From Bacteroidales bacterium (GTDB lineage: Bacteria; Bacteroidota; Bacteroidia; Bacteroidales; UBA1715), in the NCBI GenBank assembly GCA_024402335.1, contig JAKSTZ010000015.1, forward strand, positions 2,597 to 66,596: a stretch of 64,000 bases of DNA, in the 5' to 3' direction. A model generated the notes under the pieces. That model saw nothing but the letters and a program-made list of their open reading frames with translations, ran no database searches and was not told the DNA's origin. Positions within the stretch are counted from its first letter, which is position 1. Each line of letters starts with the position of its first letter. The position numbers and the translations under genes are program-made. This document shows, piece after piece, positions 10,170 through 19,749 of the stretch.

Positions 10170-13100
10170 CTATCTAAAAACATTAGATTTCTTTATCTCA
10201 TACTTCAAATTCCCCGGAACTAAAATACAATTTTTGGCGATAGCTATGTTATTTTCGTCGCTGTCGGTAGCAACGATTTGAAGGTTCTTTTTCACTAAAG
10301 CGGCAAGAAGGGCAAACTCTCCCTGACCACAATTTTCTATTGTGTAAGTCCCTTCGTTTGGAAGTGCATTAATTCTTTCATACAAATCCGGTGAATTCAA
10401 AACTTTACGGGCTTGCTGTTCGATTTGTCTACTTTTGTAAATATAATTATGAAGAACTAAATCCTTGTAATATTCTGCTGTTTCGACTTCATTTGCTAAT
10501 TGTTCATATTCTTGTACATATTGTCTACGAACAGCTTTTGCGAAATCACGACACTCTACATCCTCACCATACAATTCATTTTCGGTAGTGATACGTGGCA
10601 ATACTTTAACCGTTACCTTTCCTTTACGTAACAAAAATTCTGTTTTTGGGAACACATGACCTACACCATGTATCAACGTTGGAATAATGTCTACATGTAA
10701 CTGTCTTGCCAAATAAAATGCTCCTTTATGGAAACGTAAAATGTCGCAATTTTCGGAACGAGTCCCTTCCGGAAATACTAAGATGGAATAACCATTGTCT
10801 ATCACTTTCCGAAGTGTCTCCACATTGTCTTCTATTCCATTTTCTACTGGATAGAAATCAGCATAACGAATTATCCAACCATAGAACGGACAACGCCAAA
10901 CCCAATGATTTGTCAAGCAAATTATCTTAGGATTCAGCAACAACAAATACATTAAATCCAAATGTGACTGATGATTTGCTATAATGATTCCTGGCTTTTC
11001 GAATGTTTCTTGCGCAACATTTTGCAAATCAAATCGAACTCCCGGAATTATCTTCACAAGAAAGCGGAACGTACCACACAATCGTTTATGGAACCATAAT
11101 TTATGCGCAGGTGTTTTCCCTAATATTGTCAACGAAACAAAACCTGCCAATGTTAAATATAGAGAACCTATTAAGAAAACTATAAACGATATAACCGTTG
11201 TAAATAAGTTTTTAATAGTGATAGGAATCAAACGATCTTTTCCATTTTTTTGCGTCAGCCAACGATATAACAATGGCGGAAATAAATACGCCATCAACAC
11301 AACCGAAAACATTCCCACGATAGTGACTTCACCCAACGAATGCATAGCTGGATGTTTCGCCAAAATCAAAGAACCAATTCCTATAAACATAATGGTTGCC
11401 GAAAGACAAACCGAGTTTTTGTACGAAGCCAACATTTTCTTTCGATATGTATATTCATACATCATACCTTCCGTTACAAATATCGTATAGTCATCTCCCT
11501 GCCCAAATATGAATGTAGCCAAAATAATGTTTACGATATTAAACTTCATATCGAAAATGTCCATCAATCCAAGTATCCAAATCCATCCTATTGCTAATGG
11601 CACAAACGAAATAAGACTTAATTCCAAACGGCCAAACGAAAAAGTTAGGAAGAAGAAAACTATTAAACCACATACATACAACACATAATCAAAGTCGTCG
11701 GATAACGCCGACACCATTTGTGTTACAAGTGAGGTATTGTCAAATGTATAGACATCGGATTTATTGATATTCAATCGTTTTTCGGCTAATTCACGTTGTT
11801 CTTTCTCTGTGCCTATTATAGTGTATATCAAAGCTTTGCTCGAATCGGCATATATGAAATTACGTCCTATAGATTGCATTATCGGCTCAAAATGACTTAC
11901 ATCCTGCGTCGAATATTCTGAACAAAGTATGTTTTCAAACTGCTTGAATGCGTGTGAGTTAAAACCATTCTCACGGCAAGCATTTTCAAGATTAATCAAC
12001 AATGTATCTCTATGTTTGGCCACAAATTCATTCCATTTTTTCAATCGTTGTTCCTGAACTTTTTTTGAAGGAATAAACGACGCAATTCCCGAAACCGATG
12101 TGGCAAGTCCATCTTGCTTCAACGAATCTATTGTAGGTAAAACCACTTCGTAATTTTGCAACGCGGCCTCAACAGATTCTCCTTCGGCAACACAAAAAAA
12201 CGTAGGTTTATCTTGCTGCGTTTGTGCATTGATTTTCGCCATTTTCTCACGCTGAGAATCCGTCATATAATTAATGGAATGCAAGTCACTGTCGAATGAA
12301 GTGTTTTTACTGAAAAAGTATAAAGGTATCGTTATCAGAATTACAGCTACTACAACAACAGTATTCCTATCTAAATTATATGAAGCTATCTTATTGAATG
12401 TTAGGTTTGTACTTAATCGTTCTTGTTTTACAAATAGGTTTTTCTTGAAAAGATGTGGCAAGAAAATCAGCACAAACAAAATAGTTCCAACAAGTAAAAA
12501 TGAAGCGAACAAACCTAAATCCTTCATCGCATTGGAATGAATGAACACAAGGCTTAAAAATGCACCAACCGTAGTCAGATTTCCCGTAACCAGCGGATCT
12601 ATAATATCGCGTATTGTTTGCTCTTTACTGTATCCTTGCTGATAATGCGCGAGAAAATGTAAAGGATAGTTCACTGCAATTCCGACAATAATCGATCCTA
12701 CACCGATTGCGATGACAGAAACCGATTCTTTAAACAACGAAACGAACGCCATACCAAACAAAGCGCCAAACGAAATTGAGAAAACGATGATTGCCAAAGC
12801 ACGAACATCTCTAAAGAAATACAGCAACAATGCTAAAATGAATATCAACGCTATTGCAGTTGAGATAATGCTGTCCATTTTTATTCGTTGTGCATTACCG
12901 ATAGAAATTGCCGAAGCACCAATACAATCCAATTTCACATCTGCATTATTCTTCATAGTTTCCTGCATAGCCTGCTCAATGTCGGAAATCAAATTGGCAT
13001 TTTCCGACGTTTCACTTACCGGGAAACGTGATGATACCGCTACTATAGCTTCTTTTCCGTCTTTATCGAAAATATAGCCATCAATAGTTTCATAATTCGA

Positions 13101-13673
13101 AGAGGGATTCGACTGATTCAAAGACTGTAACAATGGAGTCGCAAATGCCAATGGATCCAATGCGATAAAATTCTTCATAACTCCACCCATAGGCGAAAGC
13201 AATAACTGCTTATCAGCATTCAACCTTGCTGTAATGGAATCCCCAGAAAGCGACTGTTCAAGTCTTTCGTAATCTGCATCTTTCAAATACAAAGGCATAT
13301 TTTCTATCACAAACTGACCAACTTCCATAATTTGTTGTTGATCAACCTGGTAGAAAATATTTTCTACCCTGTGAAGCGAATCTCTTTTTTGTAACTCATC
13401 AACAAAGAAATCAACGGCATCAATTATTGCATATTCATCTGCAGAATCGGACGAAACCGACACCATAAGGGTATTTGCCGCACCAATATGCTGATAAGCG
13501 AATTGGATTTTTTCATTCTCCTTACTTTGTGGTAAAAATGAACTTATGTCTTCTATCAATGTTACACGAGACACCAATAGTGCCGAACAAACAATAATAA
13601 CAAACAAGAGCAGGCGCAACAAAAATGTGTGCTCTTCGAAATACTTATATATTGCTAATAATACGTTTGTCAT
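10170..13673 (-). CDS. Trifunctional fusion: MMPL/RND-type transporter, lysophospholipid (PlsC-type) acyltransferase, and class I SAM methyltransferase-like tail
   Basis: About 12 TM segments in two bundles with large loops. PlsC motifs NHQSHLDLMYLL (HX4D) and VFPEGTRS. C-terminal ENCGQGEFALLAAL resembles methyltransferase motif I. Confidence 0.75.
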   Translation of the reverse strand: MTNVLLAIYKYFEEHTFLLRLLLFVIIVCSALLVSRVTLIEDISSFLPQSKENEKIQFAYQHIGAANTLMVSVSSDSADEYAIIDAVDFFVDELQKRDSLHRVENIFYQVDQQQIMEVGQFVIENMPLYLKDADYERLEQSLSGDSITARLNADKQLLLSPMGGVMKNFIALDPLAFATPLLQSLNQSNPSSNYETIDGYIFDKDGKEAIVAVSSRFPVSETSENANLISDIEQAMQETMKNNADVKLDCIGASAISIGNAQRIKMDSIISTAIALIFILALLLYFFRDVRALAIIVFSISFGALFGMAFVSLFKESVSVIAIGVGSIIVGIAVNYPLHFLAHYQQGYSKEQTIRDIIDPLVTGNLTTVGAFLSLVFIHSNAMKDLGLFASFLLVGTILFVLIFLPHLFKKNLFVKQERLSTNLTFNKIASYNLDRNTVVVVAVILITIPLYFFSKNTSFDSDLHSINYMTDSQREKMAKINAQTQQDKPTFFCVAEGESVEAALQNYEVVLPTIDSLKQDGLATSVSGIASFIPSKKVQEQRLKKWNEFVAKHRDTLLINLENACRENGFNSHAFKQFENILCSEYSTQDVSHFEPIMQSIGRNFIYADSSKALIYTIIGTEKEQRELAEKRLNINKSDVYTFDNTSLVTQMVSALSDDFDYVLYVCGLIVFFFLTFSFGRLELSLISFVPLAIGWIWILGLMDIFDMKFNIVNIILATFIFGQGDDYTIFVTEGMMYEYTYRKKMLASYKNSVCLSATIMFIGIGSLILAKHPAMHSLGEVTIVGMFSVVLMAYLFPPLLYRWLTQKNGKDRLIPITIKNLFTTVISFIVFLIGSLYLTLAGFVSLTILGKTPAHKLWFHKRLCGTFRFLVKIIPGVRFDLQNVAQETFEKPGIIIANHQSHLDLMYLLLLNPKIICLTNHWVWRCPFYGWIIRYADFYPVENGIEDNVETLRKVIDNGYSILVFPEGTRSENCDILRFHKGAFYLARQLHVDIIPTLIHGVGHVFPKTEFLLRKGKVTVKVLPRITTENELYGEDVECRDFAKAVRRQYVQEYEQLANEVETAEYYKDLVLHNYIYKSRQIEQQARKVLNSPDLYERINALPNEGTYTIENCGQGEFALLAALVKKNLQIVATDSDENNIAIAKNCILVPGNLKYEIKKSNVFR

Positions 13674-13753
13674 TTGCTACAAAAGTAGTGTTTTCTTCAT
13701 TAGCAAGACCTAATCTCTTTTGTTTTTCATACCTTTGCGAGACTAAAAATACA

Positions 13754-15844
13754 ATGACGATTTTTTCTGAATATAGTTTATGGTTTACACCTCTTTGCAT
13801 TGCAATCGGTGTAGCAATTGCGTTTTTCTTATACAAAAACGACCACAAGCTAACCGACGCACCACTATGGGTTCGAAGATTATTGTTCGCATTACGTGCT
13901 TTCGTCATTTCATTTGTATTGTTTCTATTGCTCGGTCCATGTATAGAATTTTGGAAACGAACAATAGAAAAGCCAACCATTGTTTTGTTACACGATAATT
14001 CAAAATCAATAGTAATAACTAAAGATTCTACCTATTACAAGACAAAATATTTATCTGACTATCAAGATTTTGTAAAAAAACTACAAGAAAAATATCAAAT
14101 TGCAAACTATCTGTTTGACGAGACCACTCTATCTGCAAATGACATAACATTTGAAGGAACTGGAACAAATATCTCCTCTGCATTGCAAGATATTGCGACT
14201 CGTTACTATCAACAAAATATCGGCGCCATTGTAGTCGCCACCGACGGAATCTACAATGCAGGTGAAAATCCCAAATATGCAACCACAGAATTTGCATCAA
14301 CACCAATATATACAATAGCACTCGGCGACACTACACAAGGCTGTGACAATATGATTTCCAACGTATTACATAACAACATTGCATTTCGCGACAATCCATT
14401 TCTGTTTCGTATTTCTATAGAAAGTCACGCCCTAAAGAACACAAAATCGATAGTAACTGTTAGTGAAAATGATAAGGTTTTATTCAAAACAACAGTTTCT
14501 CCCAACAACGAACATTATTTCACTACCATAGACTGCCAACTAACAAGCAAAGAAGTCGGTAAGAAAAAATATACCATACACATAGAATATCACGATCAAG
14601 AAATAAATGCAGAAAACAACACATATATTTGTGCGGTAGATGTATTGGAGAGCAAACAAAAAATTGGCATCTTTTACGAGTCCATTCATCCTGATATTGC
14701 AGCAATTCACCGTGCGATAGAAAGCAATAAAAACTATGAATGCGAGCTAATCTGCCTTTCCGACAACAAAAATTTCTCCATAAGAGATTACAACTGCTGC
14801 ATATTAGTAGGACTTCCATCAGCATATGGAAAAGGTAAAACTATTTTCTCCGACGCCATACAAGCAAATGTTCCTTGCTTGTTACTTTACAACCAAGCTA
14901 CAGAGTTAGAAACTGTCCAGGCACAAAATATCAGTGTTAGAATTTCGAACAACAAAAAAGCATTTGACGAAAGCAAACCTAATTGCAACAACGATTTCCC
15001 ATTATTCGTTTTGGACGAAACGTGCAAAAATTTACTTGCACAAGTGCCACCACTGCTTGTTCCTTTTGGCTCATATTCGGTAAGCGAACAGACCCGAACA
15101 CTTTGCTACCAAACCATTGGCGATATTGCTACAGAACGGCCATTGATTACTTTTTCTACATGCAACAATGTAAAACTCGGGTTGATATTAGGAGAAGGCC
15201 TATGGCGCTGGCGACTCTACGACCACAAAATCAATGGCTCATTTGACGCATTTGATGCACTTGTAAACAAATGCATTGCCTATCTTGCCATTTCCGAAAG
15301 AAAAGAATTATTTTCAGTTAACTGCGAAAGTGTTTTTCATGAAAACCAAGATGTTACATGCACAACAGAATTATATGACAAAACATTTGAACCAGTTCCC
15401 GACCAAACAATTTCTTTTGTAATTACGAATGAAAACGGGAAGGAATATCCATTTACTTTTTCTCCTAACGACAAATTCTATCAACTCCGTGCTGGAAAAT
15501 TCCCAGAAGGTACTTATCAATACAAAGCGGCAACAATAGTTGACGGAAAAGAGCTTGTAAAAAAAGGTAGTTTTTTCGTATTACCGCAACAAATTGAATA
15601 CAAACAACTACAAGCAAATCACGCATTACTACAAAATATATCGGAGCAAACCGGAGGAATTATGGTACATCCAAACGAACTTGACTCCTTGTTACAGCAT
15701 ATCCAGACTAACACGAATATTGTGGCAGTTTCGCACACGAAAAAAGAGCGAAACACTTTGCTGAATATGCCACTTATACTATTAATGCTACTTCTTGCAG
15801 CTTCTGCAGAATGGTTTTTACGAAAATACTATGCGACATATTAA
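13754..15844 (+). CDS. Membrane protein with N-terminal double-TM anchor (BatA_N-like) and a VWA-like region
   Basis: Two N-terminal TM helices, VVATDGIYNAGENP, and a C-terminal TM. Start set at ATG 13754 (MTIFSEYSLW). Confidence 0.5.
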   Translation: MTIFSEYSLWFTPLCIAIGVAIAFFLYKNDHKLTDAPLWVRRLLFALRAFVISFVLFLLLGPCIEFWKRTIEKPTIVLLHDNSKSIVITKDSTYYKTKYLSDYQDFVKKLQEKYQIANYLFDETTLSANDITFEGTGTNISSALQDIATRYYQQNIGAIVVATDGIYNAGENPKYATTEFASTPIYTIALGDTTQGCDNMISNVLHNNIAFRDNPFLFRISIESHALKNTKSIVTVSENDKVLFKTTVSPNNEHYFTTIDCQLTSKEVGKKKYTIHIEYHDQEINAENNTYICAVDVLESKQKIGIFYESIHPDIAAIHRAIESNKNYECELICLSDNKNFSIRDYNCCILVGLPSAYGKGKTIFSDAIQANVPCLLLYNQATELETVQAQNISVRISNNKKAFDESKPNCNNDFPLFVLDETCKNLLAQVPPLLVPFGSYSVSEQTRTLCYQTIGDIATERPLITFSTCNNVKLGLILGEGLWRWRLYDHKINGSFDAFDALVNKCIAYLAISERKELFSVNCESVFHENQDVTCTTELYDKTFEPVPDQTISFVITNENGKEYPFTFSPNDKFYQLRAGKFPEGTYQYKAATIVDGKELVKKGSFFVLPQQIEYKQLQANHALLQNISEQTGGIMVHPNELDSLLQHIQTNTNIVAVSHTKKERNTLLNMPLILLMLLLAASAEWFLRKYYATY

Positions 15845-16481
15845 AAATATAGTATTCATATTAATGCTTATCCCCTACGCTGTGTTTTCACAAACTACGG
15901 TGAAGATAGGTGTACTCAAATACAGCGGTGGAGGCGATTGGTATGGAAACCCGACATCGGTACCGAATTTGGTGGAGTTTTGCAATAAAACCATGCACAT
16001 GAACGCAAGCCAAAGCACCGTTGATGTCGGAAGTCAGGAACTATTCAACTTTACGATGGTCCACATGACAGGACACGGGAATGTGGTGTTTTCGCCTTCG
16101 GATGTACAAAACCTACGAGAATATCTTTTAAGTGGTGGATTTCTACACATCGACGACAATTACGGACTTGATAAATATATTCGTCGTGAAATGAAAAAAG
16201 TTTTCCCTGATGCAGAATTTGTAGAATTGCCGATTAATCATCCTATTTATAATCAACAATTTGCATTTCCAAAAGGATTGCCGAAAATCCACGAACACGA
16301 TGCAAAACCAGCACAAGGATTTGGAATAGAAATAGATGGAAGACTTGTCTGTTTTTACACCTACGAATGTGATTTAGGCGATGGCTGGGAAAATCCAGAA
16401 GTGCATAACGACACCAACGAAATCCATCAAACCGCACTACAAATGGGCGCAAATATTGTACGCTATATTTGTACACACTAA
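15831..16481 (+). CDS. DUF4159-like secreted protein
   Basis: Signal peptide MRHIKNIVFILMLIPYAVFSQ. YSGGGDWYGNPTSVPNL and CDLGDGWE match my memory of DUF4159. Overlaps the upstream gene by 14 nt. Confidence 0.55.
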   Translation: MRHIKNIVFILMLIPYAVFSQTTVKIGVLKYSGGGDWYGNPTSVPNLVEFCNKTMHMNASQSTVDVGSQELFNFTMVHMTGHGNVVFSPSDVQNLREYLLSGGFLHIDDNYGLDKYIRREMKKVFPDAEFVELPINHPIYNQQFAFPKGLPKIHEHDAKPAQGFGIEIDGRLVCFYTYECDLGDGWENPEVHNDTNEIHQTALQMGANIVRYICTH

Positions 16482-16602
16482 ATCTAACACTTTTTCGCAA
16501 ACTATCGTTCGTAACAAAAGACGTATAAGTATTCTCATTTATTATCGTTGCCTATACTGACAAATACAAATTTCCCCGTATATTTATAGAAATTTTTGTC
16601 TT

Positions 16603-19600
16603 ATGCTAAACATCTACAAAGCCTCTGCTGGAGCTGGTAAAACATACACGCTTACAAAAGAATACATAAAATTGTTGTTTAAAAAGGAAAACAACTATAG
16701 AAAAACACTTGCCGTTACATTTACCAACAACGCCTGCGATGAGATGAAATCTCGTATTTTGGAAGCTTTGTACGAATTATCGTACAATCCCAAAGCTGCA
16801 TATCTTGAAGACTTAATGGAGATTGAGCATACGAATAATGTAAGTGACATTCAAGAAAAAGCTCACAGAATTTTTCGTGACTTATTACATAACTATTCTT
16901 TTTTCTTTATTGAAACCATAGATTCATTTACCCAACGAGTTATTCGAAATTTTGCAAAAGACTTAAACCTTCCACCAAAATTTTCTTTGGAACTTGATCC
17001 TGATACAATTCTGGAAACCATCATTAGAAAATTACTGACAAATTCAGCAGAAAATCCGGAACTACATAAATTACTGATAGACTTTGCTTTTGAAGACATT
17101 GATTCAAACAAGCAAACCAACCTAAAAAAGGAAATCAAACAAGCAAGTAAATTATTATTCGAAGAAAAATTCCAGGCTGAAAATGTAGAAATTGCCACAA
17201 ATGACTTCGATACGATTTTGCAAGGAATGCATACTTTTTTTGATGAACAAACGGGAATCATCAAAAACTACGAAAAACTTATTTGCGGGTATGCAAATCA
17301 GGCAATTGATGTCATAAATAAAGCCGGACTAAGTAGAGATGATTTCAAAAAATCAGGAAAAGCTTCGTGTATAGATGTACTGAAAAAAATTGCAAACAAG
17401 GATTTTTCCAAGAGTGTCGAAAAGATTTTGACTGCAGAAATGGTTACAACCAAGAAATTGGATGCCGGCAAACGAATGACTATCGAGTTACTTTACAGTC
17501 AAACCTTAGAGAATCTCCTGAATGAACTACAACACCAACTCGAAGATACTAATGCAAAAGAAACATATTACACGGCAAAAAAATATGTGCAACATAAACA
17601 AGGCATTATTCTCTCACAGTACATTCAATCGGAATTAGAGGCATACTGTCGCGACGAAAATGCATTCTTCCTTTCGTTTGCAAACATGCTACTAAAAGAT
17701 ATTATAAACAAAAGCGACACACCATTTGTATACGAGAAAATAGGTCAGCAAATCGAAAATATCATGATAGACGAGTTTCAGGACACGTCTAACATGCAAT
17801 GGGACAACTTCAAACCTATAATTTCCAACCTTTTAGCTGCACAAGACACAGAAGAATCATCTGGCTATGGACTTATAATTGGAGATGTTAAACAATCAAT
17901 TTATCGTTTTCGTAATGGCGATTGGAAGATTTTGCACAATCTTACAAACAGTGATTCACAAGAATTCACTATCAACGACCACTCCAACGAGATAAAGACA
18001 AACTTCCGTAGCTACAAAAATGTAATAGAATTCAACAACGCATTTTTCAAAGCATACTCCAAATTCGTCGATAGCAGATTTAACACCAACTACGGCACAG
18101 AAAAAAATACGATTTCATCTATCTATGACGATTGCGCACAAAAAACAAAGAAAGACAGCGAGGGCTGCGTTGAAATTCAATTGATTAACGCAGATGGAAG
18201 TTTAAAGGCAAACGAAGCAAAAGAACTACGTTTAGAATTGATTTTCAACAAAGTAGTTTCCTTACTACAACAAGGACGTAATGCCGAAGATATCATGATA
18301 CTATGTTATAGAAACGATACCATCGGCGAAATTGTGCAATATTTCAACACGAAAAAGAACGAAGAACAATACAAAGATTACGAGAATGCGTTCTCTATTA
18401 TGAGCAAACAAGCGCTTCTAATAGACGCTGCACCATCCATTCAATTCATAATCAACTTTCTACGAAAAATGACAATGAAAGATGACGATAAAGGAATGGA
18501 GTTTGTAAAAGCAAGCTTAGCGTTCAATTATCAGACATTATTTCCTGAAAGCGCAACATCTGAATCATTACTTGATTTCGGTACTATTCCCGACAAAGTA
18601 ATAGGCAAGAACATGTCGATTTTCGACACTTGCGAACAAATAATTATGCAATATAAATTGAATGAAATTACTGCCGAGATTCCATTTATAACAAACTTCC
18701 AAGATATAGTTCATTCATACTCAAAAAATTACAATACAAATATTTCACACTTTTTAGAACATTGGGATGAAATCAAAGGGAAAACATATCTTTCGCAAAG
18801 TAAACGAATCGGCAGTTTACAAGCAGCTACCATACATAGTTCCAAAGGATTGCAATATCCAGTGGTAATTCTTCCTGATTTTGCAAAAACAAGTGCTCCA
18901 CAATATGCTCATGCACTATATAAAACCGACGACAACCGTCTTCCTATCGTAGAACTTGAAGGCGACATGAAAGAAACCTTATTTAAGGATGAATTCATAG
19001 AAGAAATGTATCTTACTGAAATTGACAACATTAACGCTTTATATGTTGCCTGTACACGAGCTGAAGAGGAATTATACATTTTCGATACATGCTCTAGTAA
19101 AGATGCAAAAAATAAAGTCCAATTTTTTGACGAAGTTATAGCTAATATTCCATCAGACGAATACAATGACTATACATTCCGTAAAGGTACGGCTAAAGGA
19201 TCGACAAAGAATGAGAAGCAATCAAATAGTTTGGAACACTATGTTGTTTATCAACCAGCAGCACGATTATTGCCAGAGAAAAACTCCCGTCATTTCGAGG
19301 ACAGATTGAATCAACCACAAACACAACGCGAACATGGTTTATTGATGCACCAAATTTTGGAACATATAACAACCATGGAAGACATAGACCGTTGTATTCT
19401 ACAATATAGTCCTATAGAATTAATGGACATACAAGAAAGAAACGAACTTGCTTCATCCTTACGCGAAAAACTTGCAAATCCACGTGTTGCGCCATGGTTT
19501 ACCAACAATTGGGATTCCATACTAACCGAGCAACCGCTGATGCTACCAAATGGCATAGAAAAACGTCCAGACAGAATGCTCGTACGAGGAAAAGACATCA

Positions 19601-19749
19601 CCGTAATTGACTACAAATTCACAAAAGAACATGAAGAATCCCATATAAAACAAGTGAGAGAATATATGCATATTCTCTCACAAATGGGTTATACCACTAA
19701 AGGATATATTTGGTATGTCGATTTAAACGATATTGTTGACGTTGCCTAA
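16603..19749 (+). CDS. UvrD/Rep-family helicase fused to a PD-(D/E)XK nuclease (AddA/RecB-like)
   Basis: Walker A ASAGAGKTYTL, motif II IDEFQDTS, and a C-terminal nuclease motif (RPDRMLV...VIDYKF). Confidence 0.8.
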   Translation: MLNIYKASAGAGKTYTLTKEYIKLLFKKENNYRKTLAVTFTNNACDEMKSRILEALYELSYNPKAAYLEDLMEIEHTNNVSDIQEKAHRIFRDLLHNYSFFFIETIDSFTQRVIRNFAKDLNLPPKFSLELDPDTILETIIRKLLTNSAENPELHKLLIDFAFEDIDSNKQTNLKKEIKQASKLLFEEKFQAENVEIATNDFDTILQGMHTFFDEQTGIIKNYEKLICGYANQAIDVINKAGLSRDDFKKSGKASCIDVLKKIANKDFSKSVEKILTAEMVTTKKLDAGKRMTIELLYSQTLENLLNELQHQLEDTNAKETYYTAKKYVQHKQGIILSQYIQSELEAYCRDENAFFLSFANMLLKDIINKSDTPFVYEKIGQQIENIMIDEFQDTSNMQWDNFKPIISNLLAAQDTEESSGYGLIIGDVKQSIYRFRNGDWKILHNLTNSDSQEFTINDHSNEIKTNFRSYKNVIEFNNAFFKAYSKFVDSRFNTNYGTEKNTISSIYDDCAQKTKKDSEGCVEIQLINADGSLKANEAKELRLELIFNKVVSLLQQGRNAEDIMILCYRNDTIGEIVQYFNTKKNEEQYKDYENAFSIMSKQALLIDAAPSIQFIINFLRKMTMKDDDKGMEFVKASLAFNYQTLFPESATSESLLDFGTIPDKVIGKNMSIFDTCEQIIMQYKLNEITAEIPFITNFQDIVHSYSKNYNTNISHFLEHWDEIKGKTYLSQSKRIGSLQAATIHSSKGLQYPVVILPDFAKTSAPQYAHALYKTDDNRLPIVELEGDMKETLFKDEFIEEMYLTEIDNINALYVACTRAEEELYIFDTCSSKDAKNKVQFFDEVIANIPSDEYNDYTFRKGTAKGSTKNEKQSNSLEHYVVYQPAARLLPEKNSRHFEDRLNQPQTQREHGLLMHQILEHITTMEDIDRCILQYSPIELMDIQERNELASSLREKLANPRVAPWFTNNWDSILTEQPLMLPNGIEKRPDRMLVRGKDITVIDYKFTKEHEESHIKQVREYMHILSQMGYTTKGYIWYVDLNDIVDVA

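Noticed and set aside
16603-19749. UvrD-helicase/PD-(D/E)XK nuclease as a possible defence-system component
   Set aside because: The architecture matches the housekeeping AddA/RecB-like recombination helicase common in Bacteroidota. Its neighbours are core genes, with no methylase, ATPase partner or mobile-element context. The absence of an adjacent AddB-like gene is noted but is not unusual enough to report.
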